Part shown: positions 27,715-37,736 of the stretch, piece by piece
Position numbering within the stretch: position 1 is the first letter of the stretch
Layout of the letters: each line of letters begins with the position of its first letter
Source of the DNA: an uncultured virus (IMG/VR IMGVR_UViG_3300026116_000038)
Lineage: Duplodnaviria; Heunggongvirae; Uroviricota; Caudoviricetes
Strand: one strand, 5' to 3'
DNA: 64,000 bases
Virus record (IMG/VR): IMGVR_UViG_3300026116_000038
The notes under the pieces: generated by a model
The model's database searches: none
Seen by the model: only the letters and a program-made list of their open reading frames with translations
What the model was told of the DNA's origin: nothing
Made by a program: the position numbers and the translations under genes

Positions 27715-28637
27715 TAAATAAAAACAATAATATTCTTTTACGAATTGCTCAAGCTGATGCATATGCTATTTGTGTAGAATATATTGATCAATTAAAATAT
27801 CAAGATTTGTTTATTGAAGCATTAAATTTTAAGTCATATTTACAACATCCTAAGTATAATAAATTACTTCCTGGTTATTATACAGATGATACTCAGCAAT
27901 CTATAGCAATTTCTGAAGTTTTAATAAATAAAGGAACAAACGTTAATTCTGATGATTTTTTGTATTCATTTTTATCTTGTTTTAAACGAGACGAAAGAGA
28001 TGGGTATTCTAGAAATTTTCAAAGCATTCTGGAAAAAGCTAATTCGGTAAATGAATTAAAGAAATTAATTAATACAGATTCAAATAGTAATGGAGCCGCT
28101 ATGAGATCTGTGCCATTAGGGATTATTAAAAATCCATTAGATATAATTAATATAGCTAAAATTCAAGCGGCTACAACTCATAATACAAATAATGCGATTC
28201 AATCATCCATATTAGTCGGATTAATGAGCCACTTTTCTTTATATAAAAATGATTCTTTTAAATATTTAAATGAATGGATAAGTGATTATAAATTATTTAT
28301 TGATTGGAATTTATTTAAATATAATTTTTTATTGCCTTGGAATGGAATTGTTCATAAAAATAAAAATGATCCAAAAAATTTAGGAATAGGAATAAATACT
28401 GCTCATGCTGTCAATACTTTATTAATTGAAGAAAATAGCTTAATAGGCATGATGAAAAGAATTATTAATTGGGGAGGAGATACAGATTCAGTAGCTTCTA
28501 TAGCTTGGGGAATTGCTTCTTCTAGGTATCAAGATGAAATATTACCGCAATTTATGGAAAATGATTTAGAAAATAATACATACGGTTCTAATTTTCTCAA
28601 AAAATTAGGAACACAATTAATGAATATAAATATATAA
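27711..28637 (+). CDS. ADP-ribosylglycohydrolase (DraG/ARH family)
   Basis: YTDDTQQS, SNGAAMRSVP, TH, GGDTDSVAS. Confidence 0.9.
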   Translation: MINKNNNILLRIAQADAYAICVEYIDQLKYQDLFIEALNFKSYLQHPKYNKLLPGYYTDDTQQSIAISEVLINKGTNVNSDDFLYSFLSCFKRDERDGYSRNFQSILEKANSVNELKKLINTDSNSNGAAMRSVPLGIIKNPLDIINIAKIQAATTHNTNNAIQSSILVGLMSHFSLYKNDSFKYLNEWISDYKLFIDWNLFKYNFLLPWNGIVHKNKNDPKNLGIGINTAHAVNTLLIEENSLIGMMKRIINWGGDTDSVASIAWGIASSRYQDEILPQFMENDLENNTYGSNFLKKLGTQLMNINI

Positions 28638-28702
28638 TTACAGTATTACTTTAATTTAAATGTGAGAATATTTAATTATTTCACAAAGTTGACATTTTAA
28701 TT

Positions 28703-29689
28703 ATGAATACTTATGATAAAAATGTGATTGATTCGATTCTAAAATCATTTAAAATTCGCGGACATTGTAAAGATGTTAAAGAGCATCGTCATTATAAATT
28801 ATATGATATTGAACTAGATCCTGGGCAATCTATTAAAAAGATTGAAGCTAATGCTCGTGAAATTGGTTTAGCTTTACGGAGTTTGACAATTCCCATTGTT
28901 ACTACTATTTCCGGTAGTGGAATAGTTAGGCTTCAGGTAGCTACCAGAACTGCTGATATGATAAATTTTGATGAATTATATGAGCGAAGCATTAATAGTA
29001 GACCTGATGGATTATTAACATTTTTATTGGGAGAGCAGGCTACTGGAGAACCTATATGGTTGGATATGGCAACTAATCCTCATATGTTGGTTGCTGGTAC
29101 TACAGGTTCTGGTAAAAGTGTATTTCTTCATACATTAATTGCAAACATTAAAAAGCGTAATGATGTAATGCTTTATTTGGTTGATCCTAAAAATGGAGTA
29201 GAGTTTGGAAAATATGTAAGAGATTGTAATTCCATTGTATATAATTATAATGGTGTTATTAAAATGTTGAAATTATTAGCTGAAGAAATTGAAGAACGAT
29301 ATAATTTATTTAGAATATTAGGTATTAAAAGTTTAAATGAAAGTCCTTTTGTTGTGCCTAAAATTATGGTAATTATTGATGAAGTATCTGATTTAATGTT
29401 ACAAGATGATAACGGACAGTTTGAGGAGCTTTTAATTAAAATCTCTCAGAAGAGTAGGGCTGTAGGTTGTCATATGGTATTAGCTACCCAAAGACCTAGC
29501 GTTGATGTTTTAACGGGATTAATTAAAGCTAATTTTCCTGCTAGAGTTGCTTGTAAAGTTAGTTCGGTTATTGATTCAAAGGTAATTATTGATCAAAGTG
29601 GAGCTGAACATTTAATGGGTAAAGGTGATGCAATTTTGAATTGTAATCAATTTTCTAATGTACGATTTCAGATAGCATATAGTTCTTAA
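28703..29689 (+). CDS. FtsK/SpoIIIE-family ATPase (no TM or gamma domain)
   Basis: PHMLVAGTTGSGKS, DPK, IIDEVSDL, LATQRPSVDV, GAEHLMGKGD. Confidence 0.9.
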   Translation: MNTYDKNVIDSILKSFKIRGHCKDVKEHRHYKLYDIELDPGQSIKKIEANAREIGLALRSLTIPIVTTISGSGIVRLQVATRTADMINFDELYERSINSRPDGLLTFLLGEQATGEPIWLDMATNPHMLVAGTTGSGKSVFLHTLIANIKKRNDVMLYLVDPKNGVEFGKYVRDCNSIVYNYNGVIKMLKLLAEEIEERYNLFRILGIKSLNESPFVVPKIMVIIDEVSDLMLQDDNGQFEELLIKISQKSRAVGCHMVLATQRPSVDVLTGLIKANFPARVACKVSSVIDSKVIIDQSGAEHLMGKGDAILNCNQFSNVRFQIAYSS

Positions 29690-29717
29690 TTCTTAATTCT
29701 TAATTCTTAATTTTTAA
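29683..29717 (+). repeat. 7-bp tandem repeat (TTCTTAA x4 plus TTTTTAA)
   Basis: Read directly; joins the FtsK stop to the next ATG. Confidence 0.85.
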
Positions 29718-29977
29718 TGATTAAAGTATATTTTATAACAGATGAATATGGAACTACTTATTGGTACAAAGAAGGTACATATATTCTTCATAAAGATGAT
29801 GGTCCAGCAGTAGAATATATTGATGGAAGTAAATTTTGGTTTCAAAATGGAAGACGCCATAGAATTGATGGTCCTGCCGTAGAATATATGCGTGGAAAAG
29901 AATATTGGTTAAATGATAAATCATACCCAGATATTAAAACTGATAAAGAATGGTTAATATTTCAGATAATTAATTAA
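29717..29977 (+). CDS. HRxDGPA repeat protein, family A
   Basis: 2 repeats plus tail. Confidence 0.85.
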   Translation: MIKVYFITDEYGTTYWYKEGTYILHKDDGPAVEYIDGSKFWFQNGRRHRIDGPAVEYMRGKEYWLNDKSYPDIKTDKEWLIFQIIN

Positions 29978-29978
29978 T

Positions 29979-30240
29979 ATGAATAATATATATAAAAAAA
30001 ATATGTATGAATCATATTGCTTGGTACCAAGAAGGTACAGATATTCTTCATAGAGAAGATGGTCCAGCTATAGAGTGGAATCATGGAACCAAATATTGGT
30101 ATCAAAACGGAAAATTACATAGAATAGATGGTCCAGCTGTAGAATATTGGAATGGTGAAAAAGAATATTGGTTATATAATAAGGCGTATAGAAATATAAA
30201 AAATGATGAAGAATGGTTAATATTTCAAATAATAAATTAA
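29979..30240 (+). pseudogene. family A member with a +1 frameshift in an A8 tract near the 5' end (restart ATG at 30007 possible)
   Basis: ATG 29979 (MNNIYKK) is out of frame with 30007..30240; paralogue 30841 has A7 at this site. Confidence 0.6.
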
Positions 30241-30241
30241 A

Positions 30242-30574
30242 ATGACTAAAGTTTATTCTCAAATAGATGAACATGGAAATATTTGTTGGTATAAAGAAGG
30301 AACATATATTCTTCATGGAATAAATGGTCCAGCTGTAGAATATTCTAATGGAAGTAAATGTTGGTATCAAAATGGATTATGCCATAGAGCAGATGGTCCT
30401 GCTATAGAACATGACAGTGGAGCTAAAGAATGGCACCAAAATGGTGAGCTTCATCGAACGGATGGTCCAGCTATAGAGTATGAAGACGGAAGAAAAGAAT
30501 ATTGGTTAAATAATAAACGTTATCCAAATATAAAAACTAATGAAGAATGGATTATATTTCAAATAATTAATTAA
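30242..30574 (+). CDS. HRxDGPA repeat protein, family A
   Basis: 3 repeats plus tail. Confidence 0.85.
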   Translation: MTKVYSQIDEHGNICWYKEGTYILHGINGPAVEYSNGSKCWYQNGLCHRADGPAIEHDSGAKEWHQNGELHRTDGPAIEYEDGRKEYWLNNKRYPNIKTNEEWIIFQIIN

Positions 30575-30575
30575 A

Positions 30576-30839
30576 ATGACGAAAGTTTTTTCAAAAAAGG
30601 ATAAATATGAAACCATTCATTAGTATAAAAAAGAGACTGAAATTCTTCATAGAGACGACGGCCCAGCTGTAGAATATACTGATGGAACTAAATTTTGGTA
30701 TCAAAATGGTAAAATTCATAGAACTGATGGGCCAGCTATAGCATATTATGATAAATATAAAGAATATTGGTTAAATAATAAATATTATGAAAATATAAAT
30801 AGTGATGAAAAATGGTTAATATTTCAGATAATTAATTAA
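30576..30839 (+). pseudogene. family A member with an in-frame TAG at a conserved Trp
   Basis: MTKVFSKKDKYETIH*YKKE...[15 protein letters not shown] at 30621. Confidence 0.8.
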
Positions 30840-30840
30840 T

Positions 30841-31101
30841 ATGGATAATATATATAAAAAAATATCTGGAGGTCATATTTCCTGGTATAAAGAAGAAACT
30901 GATGTTCGTCATAGAGAAGATGGTCCTGCAATAGAATGGAATAATGGAACTAAACATTGGTATCAAAACGGGGAATTGCATAGAGTAGATGGTCCGGCTG
31001 TAGAGTATTGGAATGGTGATAAAGAATATTGGTTGTATGATAAACGTTACCCGAATATTAAAGCTGATGAAGAGTGGATTATATTTCAAATTATAAATTA
31101 A
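30841..31101 (+). CDS. HRxDGPA repeat protein, family A
   Basis: 2 repeats plus tail. Confidence 0.85.
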   Translation: MDNIYKKISGGHISWYKEETDVRHREDGPAIEWNNGTKHWYQNGELHRVDGPAVEYWNGDKEYWLYDKRYPNIKADEEWIIFQIIN

Positions 31102-31163
31102 AAATAGTTGACATTATACTAGTTAAGACTTATATTTAAATTGAAGAACGAAAGAATACTTAA

Positions 31164-31553
31164 ATGAAAATTAAATTAAATATCGATAAGGGTAGTATTG
31201 CAAATCTTCTATGTTCGGCTTTTGAAAGTAGTTGTGGTTCTCATTATTGGGCTGAATATATTGAATCTATAACTGATAATACATTTAAAGTTAATTTTGA
31301 AGAACTACCCCAATGGTGTCACAGTTATAATTATATTCATGCAGTTTTATTTAAGGGTGGAAAAATTAAAATTCGTGATAAAGAAGATAATAAAACATAT
31401 TATTTAAATTTAAATAAAATTAAAAATGGATTGGAAATTATGGCAAAAATTAGTCCGCGCCAATTTTCTCGTATTTTAGAAGAAAATACTGACGCAATTA
31501 CTGGAGATGTATTTTTACAATGCTGCATTTTTAATGAAGTTAAATATGAATAA
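31164..31553 (+). CDS. conserved phage hypothetical protein
   Basis: YWA...DAITGDVFLQ...F.EV.Y pattern; promoter at 31108-31136. Confidence 0.65.
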   Translation: MKIKLNIDKGSIANLLCSAFESSCGSHYWAEYIESITDNTFKVNFEELPQWCHSYNYIHAVLFKGGKIKIRDKEDNKTYYLNLNKIKNGLEIMAKISPRQFSRILEENTDAITGDVFLQCCIFNEVKYE

Positions 31554-31555
31554 AA

Positions 31556-31589
31556 AAAATACAATTATATTTAAATATAATTGTATTTT
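31556..31589. terminator. perfect 34-bp palindrome between convergent genes (bidirectional terminator candidate)
   Basis: AAAATACAATTATATTT|AAATATAATTGTATTTT. Confidence 0.6.
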
Positions 31590-31611
31590 AATCTAATTAA
31601 TAGTAAAAATA

Positions 31612-31953
31612 TTACTTTAATAATTTTTCAAATTTAGCAGCAAGCTTTAACATTTTTTCACGTGAAGCGGCAAATTTAGCATATTGATTTATATCTTTAA
31701 TTAATTCTTGCAGTAAATCTAAAGATACAGTTTTTCCAGCACCAATGGAAATATCAGAATCGCCAGAAGCTAGACCAGCATCAACTAATTTTTTAGCTTG
31801 CATAAAAGCTGCCTTGGCTAATTCTGGAGCAACAGTATCTCCATTTAAACGTGCTAAACAATAATCCTTAATTGCACCTTCTACTCCAGCTGCATTTAAA
31901 TTAGCGAAAACAGTACCTAAATCTGGTTGAACCTTCATCATATCACTCGGCAT
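31612..31953 (-). CDS. hypothetical protein (rare minus-strand gene)
   Basis: AGGAG RBS; Ala-rich; fills a gap between + genes. Confidence 0.7.
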   Translation of the reverse strand: MPSDMMKVQPDLGTVFANLNAAGVEGAIKDYCLARLNGDTVAPELAKAAFMQAKKLVDAGLASGDSDISIGAGKTVSLDLLQELIKDINQYAKFAASREKMLKLAAKFEKLLK

Positions 31954-32017
31954 GGAAATCTCCTAAAATTAAAAACGTTTAAAATAATACGTAATTATTA
32001 CCAATAGTTAAAATAAA

Positions 32018-32260
32018 ATGTCAAATGAATTAATTTATAGCTTACATACTGCTTTTTCACGAACAAAAAAGAATAATATTTTATATATTATTCCAGCAAT
32101 CAACGGCTACAGTATTTCTATTACTGATTATAGCACTATCGGAATTCGTTTATATTATTCAATTAATAAAGACGGAATAATTTCAAAATTTGACGATGGA
32201 ATGATTTTTAATATCGGAAATATTGACAATTTAGATTCTAATAATTATTACATAAAATGA
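32018..32260 (+). CDS. hypothetical protein
   Basis: ORF. Confidence 0.5.
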   Translation: MSNELIYSLHTAFSRTKKNNILYIIPAINGYSISITDYSTIGIRLYYSINKDGIISKFDDGMIFNIGNIDNLDSNNYYIK

Positions 32261-32354
32261 TTATATTTAATATAGCTATACTTATCTTAGCTTTTCTTAT
32301 ATTTTTAGGACCATTAATTTTTGTGAAATCAGAAAAAAAATAAATAATAAAACC

Positions 32355-32383
32355 TTGACAGATCATAAACTTAGACATATAAT
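32355..32383 (+). promoter_or_regulatory. consensus sigma70 promoter
   Basis: TTGACA-N17-TATAAT, perfect match. Confidence 0.8.
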
Positions 32384-32415
32384 CGAAACGTATCGGGAAA
32401 TTATAGGAAACAAAA

Positions 32416-32973
32416 ATGCACAAAACAAATAAAAAAGTAGCTGTATATGGTGACTTGACTGCTCTCTATGCTGCAAGGGCTTCATTTAATAAAAATATAA
32501 ATTACAATTTACTTGATCTGGCTATTAAAAAATATTCCAATGTGACAAATTTGGCATGTAAAAATTGGTATACACTTTTCCATCCTGAAAATGAATCTCA
32601 AGTTGACTTTGTAAAAATGCTTGAAGCTAATTTTGGTTGGAATGTTATTACCAAGCGACCATCAGAAATTCGACGGACAAATTCTACGAGTCCCAATACA
32701 GATTATCGATTTGATGTACCAATTGCTTATAATATTGGAGAAGCAACATCGGAGTATGATGAAATTGTTGTAGTATCTGATTCAATTGAGTTACTTCAAC
32801 CACTTAAATTAGCTACAGAATTTGTCAAAGTAACATTATCATTTTTTAATGATGCTATGGATAGACGATGGTGGCGACCTTTACAGCAGACAAAAATTAA
32901 TTTTATTGACTTGTCTGATTTAATTTACTCCAATAAAATTTCTCCGGTTCAAGAATCTGAGCGATTTGAATAA
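32416..32973 (+). CDS. NYN/LabA (PIN-fold) domain protein
   Basis: VAVYGD..., FDVPIA, YDEIVVVSDS.ELL, FIDL. Confidence 0.65.
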   Translation: MHKTNKKVAVYGDLTALYAARASFNKNINYNLLDLAIKKYSNVTNLACKNWYTLFHPENESQVDFVKMLEANFGWNVITKRPSEIRRTNSTSPNTDYRFDVPIAYNIGEATSEYDEIVVVSDSIELLQPLKLATEFVKVTLSFFNDAMDRRWWRPLQQTKINFIDLSDLIYSNKISPVQESERFE

Positions 32974-32992
32974 TATTTCTCTTATATTTAAG

Positions 32993-33020
32993 GCTGGGTT
33001 ATATAAATATATAACCCAGC
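32993..33020. terminator. hairpin (terminator candidate)
   Basis: GCTGGGTTATATA...TATATAACCCAGC. Confidence 0.55.
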
Positions 33021-33026
33021 ATATTT

Positions 33027-33467
33027 ATGCTACATTATAATATTTATAATCATCCAAATAATATTTTAACATTTTCAGCGAATAATATTAAAAATTATTC
33101 AAATTATATTTCTTCAGATATAATTGAGTGTTTCATTCGTTGGAAAGTAGAATACGCCGATAAAATAATCGTTTGTTCTAAAAACGAAAATCTTATCGGT
33201 TTTTTTCGTTATGATCGTGGAAACGATAAACGAAATTTATATGAAGCTGGAACTTATATAATTCCAGAATATAGAGGGCAAGGTTTAGCATTTGAACTTT
33301 GGAAAAGGGTTTTTCTTTTAGAAAAACCAAAATGCATATTTGGCCACATTGAAAGTGTAAGTGGATTTAATTTATTTCAAAAAATTAAATTAAATTATCC
33401 AAACGTTGATTTTCAATTTACTGCCTCTAAAGAAATTAATATTGACAAATTAGCAATAAGTGCTTAA
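33027..33467 (+). CDS. GNAT-family acetyltransferase
   Basis: YIIPEYRGQGLA motif A. Confidence 0.8.
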   Translation: MLHYNIYNHPNNILTFSANNIKNYSNYISSDIIECFIRWKVEYADKIIVCSKNENLIGFFRYDRGNDKRNLYEAGTYIIPEYRGQGLAFELWKRVFLLEKPKCIFGHIESVSGFNLFQKIKLNYPNVDFQFTASKEINIDKLAISA

Positions 33468-33476
33468 AATACACCT

Positions 33477-34088
33477 ATGGCAAAACAAGAATTTATTTGC
33501 AAAGCTACTAAGATTTTTAATCAAATTGACACTAATGCTCAATTTATTGTTATCCATAATTATAAAAACAATGATGGAGAATTATCAACTCATTCTCTTT
33601 GTTGGCGAATTAGTTATGAAAATGCAGTAAAGCGCTCATTAGAAATATTGAAAAATTTTGATATTTCTAAGCAAAATTTAACTGAAAAGAAATATAGTAT
33701 CCTTCATCTTCAAGAAGCATTAGAAGAATTAATTGATAGTTTGGTTGTTACTTTGACACATGGTACAGGAAATAATCCATTAGCTACTAGTGCTCACGCT
33801 TATGATTCAGTAACAGATCGATATGGGAAATTAATTCCTGGTGTAAAAATTCACAGAGAGCAAGATGTATTACATTTAACTAATGTTTTTAGATTAAATA
33901 AAATCGTTCATTGCCCTACGGTTTATAAAAAAGTAAATCATAGTCTTAAAACATTGGCTAAAAATGATCTTCGAAAACTTTTGCCATTGAGAAAATTTGG
34001 GCAATTTAAACTTGAGCCGGGAAAGTTTGAACGAATGGTTGTTCAAAAAATTACGTTAAAAGAACATGATATGCTAAGGTTAGAATAA
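33477..34088 (+). CDS. hypothetical protein
   Basis: ORF; promoter TTGACA-N17-TAAAAT at 33442-33470. Confidence 0.65.
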   Translation: MAKQEFICKATKIFNQIDTNAQFIVIHNYKNNDGELSTHSLCWRISYENAVKRSLEILKNFDISKQNLTEKKYSILHLQEALEELIDSLVVTLTHGTGNNPLATSAHAYDSVTDRYGKLIPGVKIHREQDVLHLTNVFRLNKIVHCPTVYKKVNHSLKTLAKNDLRKLLPLRKFGQFKLEPGKFERMVVQKITLKEHDMLRLE

Positions 34089-34775
34089 ATGTCTAATGTA
34101 AAATATAAAATCGAAGAATCATATTTGTCCTATTGCGCTACATGTGATTATTCTTCACATACTCAAAATTATGATAATTATTATGGCAATATTACTTATA
34201 TTGACAAAGGATGGATTGAAGAAGTTAGATATTGGGATATTTATTTGGGATGTAATAATTCTGATAAAATTGAATCTGTTAGAGATTATTGTTTAGAAAG
34301 ATTTATTAGAAAAACATTTAATAAAGATTCATTTAATTTTCGAGCTAAATCTGGTTATTATGGAGATGAGCCTGCAGTTGAAGTGGTAAATGATGTATTT
34401 ATTAAATTAAAAGAATTTATTAATACATTAAATGACGATTCTGTTTCTGATTCATTTATTGTAGAAGATATTCTGAAATTAGAATATAAATTTATTTTAG
34501 ATGAATTGAAAAATAAATCATGGAAATTTAATATAATTAATACTGAAGATATTATTGCTGGCAGTATTATGAGACATACATCTGATGAAGTTTTAGAAAA
34601 ATATTTAAATGAAACGAAAATAAATATTTGTGATCCTCTTGAAGAATATTCAGTTAATTTAGGATGTATTTGTCAAAAAATCGGAAATAAATTTAGATTA
34701 ATTGATGGGTACCATAGATATGCTACAGCAGTAAAATTAAAATTTCCTAAAATAATTGCAATTTATTGTGAATGA
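34089..34775 (+). CDS. protein with C-terminal ParB/Srx-like domain
   Basis: FRLIDGYHRYATA. Confidence 0.6.
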   Translation: MSNVKYKIEESYLSYCATCDYSSHTQNYDNYYGNITYIDKGWIEEVRYWDIYLGCNNSDKIESVRDYCLERFIRKTFNKDSFNFRAKSGYYGDEPAVEVVNDVFIKLKEFINTLNDDSVSDSFIVEDILKLEYKFILDELKNKSWKFNIINTEDIIAGSIMRHTSDEVLEKYLNETKINICDPLEEYSVNLGCICQKIGNKFRLIDGYHRYATAVKLKFPKIIAIYCE

Positions 34776-34954
34776 TTCACGTGGTAAAAAATACTTGGGG
34801 TGATAAATTTTATTTTAAAAATGACTTACTTCACGGAACGGATGGTCCGGCAGTAGAACGTTTTGATAGACATAAGGAATATTGGTTAAATGGTAAATGG
34901 TATATAGATATTAGAACTGATGAAGAGTGGTTAATATTTCAAATAGTTAATTAA
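34772..34954 (+). CDS. family A member with a single repeat
   Basis: HGTDGPA plus tail TDEEWLIFQIVN. Confidence 0.75.
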   Translation: MIHVVKNTWGDKFYFKNDLLHGTDGPAVERFDRHKEYWLNGKWYIDIRTDEEWLIFQIVN

Positions 34955-34955
34955 T

Positions 34956-35285
34956 ATGACTGAGCTATATAAAACAAGATTTCCCGGACGAACAGTGTGG
35001 TGTAGAAAAGATACTGATCTTTGGCATAAAGAAGATGGACCTGCAGTAGAATGGGATTCTGGAACTAAAGAATGGTATCAAAATGGATTATGTCATAGAG
35101 TAGATGGCCCTGCAGTAGAAGATATTGTTGGTAATAAATTTTGGTATCAAAACGGTCAACGTCATAGGGAAGATGGTCCTGCTATAGAATATGAAAATGG
35201 AAATAAATATTATTATTTAAATGATGAATGTTATCCAAATATTAAAACTAACGAGGAGTGGGTAATATTTCAAATTATAAATTAA
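34956..35285 (+). CDS. HRxDGPA repeat protein, family A
   Basis: 3 repeats plus tail. Confidence 0.85.
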   Translation: MTELYKTRFPGRTVWCRKDTDLWHKEDGPAVEWDSGTKEWYQNGLCHRVDGPAVEDIVGNKFWYQNGQRHREDGPAIEYENGNKYYYLNDECYPNIKTNEEWVIFQIIN

Positions 35286-35286
35286 T

Positions 35287-35619
35287 ATGACAAAAGTATA
35301 TTCTAAAATGGATGAATATGGAAATATTCGTTGGTATAAAGAAGGCACATATCTTCTCCACAGAGATGATGGTCCAGCTGTAGAATACTTAAATGGTGAT
35401 AAAGTTTGGTATCAAAATGGAGAATTACATAGAATAGATGGTCCAGCTATAAATCATTTTAATGGAAGTAAATGGTGGATTATTAATGGAAAACTTCATA
35501 GGACAGAAGGTCCGGCTTTAGAATATGAAGACGGAGATAAAGAATATTGGTTAAATAATAAACATTATTCAAATATAAAAACTAATGAAGAATGGATTAT
35601 ATTTCAAATTATAAATTAA
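35287..35619 (+). CDS. HRxDGPA repeat protein, family A
   Basis: 3 repeats plus tail. Confidence 0.85.
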   Translation: MTKVYSKMDEYGNIRWYKEGTYLLHRDDGPAVEYLNGDKVWYQNGELHRIDGPAINHFNGSKWWIINGKLHRTEGPALEYEDGDKEYWLNNKHYSNIKTNEEWIIFQIIN

Positions 35620-35620
35620 T

Positions 35621-35953
35621 ATGACTAAAGTATATTCTGAAAAAGATGTATGTGGAACTACCCGTTGGTATAAAGAAGATACACATACTTTTCATAGAGA
35701 AGACGGGCCTGCTATAGAATTCTATAATGGAAATAAATTTTGGTTTCAAAATGGTAAATATCATAGAATAGGTGGTTCAGCAGTTGAACTTCATGATGGA
35801 ACTAAATTGTGGTATCAAAATGGATTATGTCATAGAACAGATGGTCCTGCTGTAGAATATGAAAATGGAGGAAAAGAATATTGGTTAAATGGTAGATATT
35901 ATTCAAATATTAAAACTGACGAAGAGTGGATTATATTTCAAATTATAAATTAA
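35621..35953 (+). CDS. HRxDGPA repeat protein, family A
   Basis: 3 repeats plus tail. Confidence 0.85.
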   Translation: MTKVYSEKDVCGTTRWYKEDTHTFHREDGPAIEFYNGNKFWFQNGKYHRIGGSAVELHDGTKLWYQNGLCHRTDGPAVEYENGGKEYWLNGRYYSNIKTDEEWIIFQIIN

Positions 35954-35962
35954 AATAATAAA

Positions 35963-36340
35963 ATGTATAAAAAAATAATTAAATATTTGAAAGTTTTTAT
36001 TCAAAAAGATAATAATTTAATTTATAAAAAAATATCTGAAGATAAAATAGAATGGCGTAGGAAAGATAATAATTTTTTACATAAAGAAGATGGACCTGCT
36101 AGAATATATAATAATGGAGATAAATTTTGGTTTCAAAATGGTAAATATCATAGGCTAGATGGTCCTGCATTAGAATTTACTGATGGAGAAAAGTGGTGGT
36201 ATCAAAATGGTAAATGTCATAGGACAGATGGTCCTGCGATAGAAGGTGAAGACGGAGAAAAAGAATATTGGTTAGATAATATTTATTATCCAGATATTAA
36301 TTCTGATGAAGAATGGTTAATATTTCAAATTATAAATTAA
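35963..36340 (+). CDS. HRxDGPA repeat protein, family A
   Basis: 3 repeats plus tail. Confidence 0.85.
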   Translation: MYKKIIKYLKVFIQKDNNLIYKKISEDKIEWRRKDNNFLHKEDGPARIYNNGDKFWFQNGKYHRLDGPALEFTDGEKWWYQNGKCHRTDGPAIEGEDGEKEYWLDNIYYPDINSDEEWLIFQIIN

Positions 36341-36347
36341 ATGAATA

Positions 36348-36824
36348 TTGTCACATATATTTGTGGCAATTGATTTTATGAAGCAATTTCATACTTTAGC
36401 TAAATTCAAAATAGAAGATATTTTACCATTAACCCATTCTCCAACTAAAAGATCTTTTTATGTAGAAGAATTATTATTTCCTGAAGAAGGAATAATTGAT
36501 GTTAAAAAATATATTGTTAAAATGAATGTTCTTCGATATAAAGTATTTGAAGAAAGTATTCAATGTTATAAATGCAAAATAAATGGTGCTTTCTTTTATT
36601 TACAACAACATAAAAAATTAAATCGAAAGACTAAAGATAATGTTGCTCATTTAAATTTATATGCCTTAGATAAATTTAATAAGAATGATGGAAATATTAT
36701 CTTAATGACACAAGATCATTTAATCCCTACTGCAAAAGGTGGGCAAAATATTTTAGATAATTTAAAAACTATGTGTGCTTTATGTAACTTAGAAAAAGCT
36801 GATTCTTTATTGGAAGATTTTTGA
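36348..36824 (+). CDS. HNH endonuclease
   Basis: CYKC ... MTQDHLIP..KGG....NLKTMCALCN..K. Confidence 0.8.
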   Translation: MSHIFVAIDFMKQFHTLAKFKIEDILPLTHSPTKRSFYVEELLFPEEGIIDVKKYIVKMNVLRYKVFEESIQCYKCKINGAFFYLQQHKKLNRKTKDNVAHLNLYALDKFNKNDGNIILMTQDHLIPTAKGGQNILDNLKTMCALCNLEKADSLLEDF

Positions 36825-36910
36825 ATTATATTATATTTTAGATTTTTGTTCGAGTCATGTAAAACTCATCACTCCTTAAAAGTGTAACCTCTTAAGGAGA
36901 GAATAAATAA

Positions 36911-37135
36911 ATGATCGATATTGAAGAAGCAGTTTATTTTTTAATGACCGCAGCACGTTTTGAAAAAAATGGTCCAGAATTAAAGGTTTCGTGGGTCAAA
37001 GAAGGAAAAAACGTAGGTTTTGGTAAATTTAAAAATGAAACCGGTTCAGTTACCGTAAAAATTGATGATCGAGAACATATTTTTAAGAGTAAAGATGCTA
37101 CACGCCTTAGAAAATTAGGTGTTTTACAAGACTAA
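36911..37135 (+). CDS. hypothetical protein
   Basis: AAGGAG RBS. Confidence 0.6.
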   Translation: MIDIEEAVYFLMTAARFEKNGPELKVSWVKEGKNVGFGKFKNETGSVTVKIDDREHIFKSKDATRLRKLGVLQD

Positions 37136-37269
37136 TTTAAAAATAAAACTGTTAAAAATAAAAAGATAATGACAGTATTGACATCTTAAATTTTAAAACC
37201 TATGATGTAGATATCTCAGGGCAACAACAAAATTATCGCTCTGAATTTATAGAAAAGGAAAAATTAAAA

Positions 37270-37647
37270 ATGTCAAATCATATCTTTAGTTCAAAATTCG
37301 TTTCTGCTGTTCGTAGTATTCTTTCTGCTGGTTGTGCTGATGGAAAGCGTCTAACTCGTGAAGAAATTTGCGAGGCGCTAGAGTATGAGGGGTTTTCTGT
37401 AAGCCCTTCAGTTATCGGTCTAGCTATTAGTGATGGTACTTTTAATACTGCAAAACAAGCGTGGGATCTTTTTAAGGGCCGTTTTGGTGGTGTTCGTGAA
37501 CTTGATATTGAAGCTACCGCCAAAGCCGAAGCTGCATTTCAAGCTCGTGCAGAAAAGATTCGCGCTCGTGTAGAAAAGGCTATGGCCACTAAGGCAGCAA
37601 AGAAGCAGGCTCAGCTAGAAGCGGTTCTATCTCAACCTACCGTTTGA
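37270..37647 (+). CDS. putative DNA-binding protein (winged-helix-like plus Ala/Lys-rich helix)
   Basis: Promoter TTGACA-N17-TATGAT at 37178-37206, strong RBS, own terminator; FKGRFGGV wing-like motif. Confidence 0.55.
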   Translation: MSNHIFSSKFVSAVRSILSAGCADGKRLTREEICEALEYEGFSVSPSVIGLAISDGTFNTAKQAWDLFKGRFGGVRELDIEATAKAEAAFQARAEKIRARVEKAMATKAAKKQAQLEAVLSQPTV

Positions 37648-37654
37648 TAGAGAT

Positions 37655-37690
37655 AAACTCCGGCAGATTTTGATAGTCTGCCGGAGTTTT
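37655..37690 (+). terminator. intrinsic terminator
   Basis: AAACTCCGGCAGA...TCTGCCGGAGTTTT. Confidence 0.85.
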
Positions 37691-37736
37691 ATGTTTAAAT
37701 TTTGTTTTAATAGACACTATAACTATTTCGTAATAT

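Noticed and set aside
868..31089. Minus-strand ORFs over family A genes (868, 15162, 18693, 26774, 26931, 30068, 30832)
   Set aside because: Antisense shadows of the repeated + strand genes; no RBS or independent motifs.
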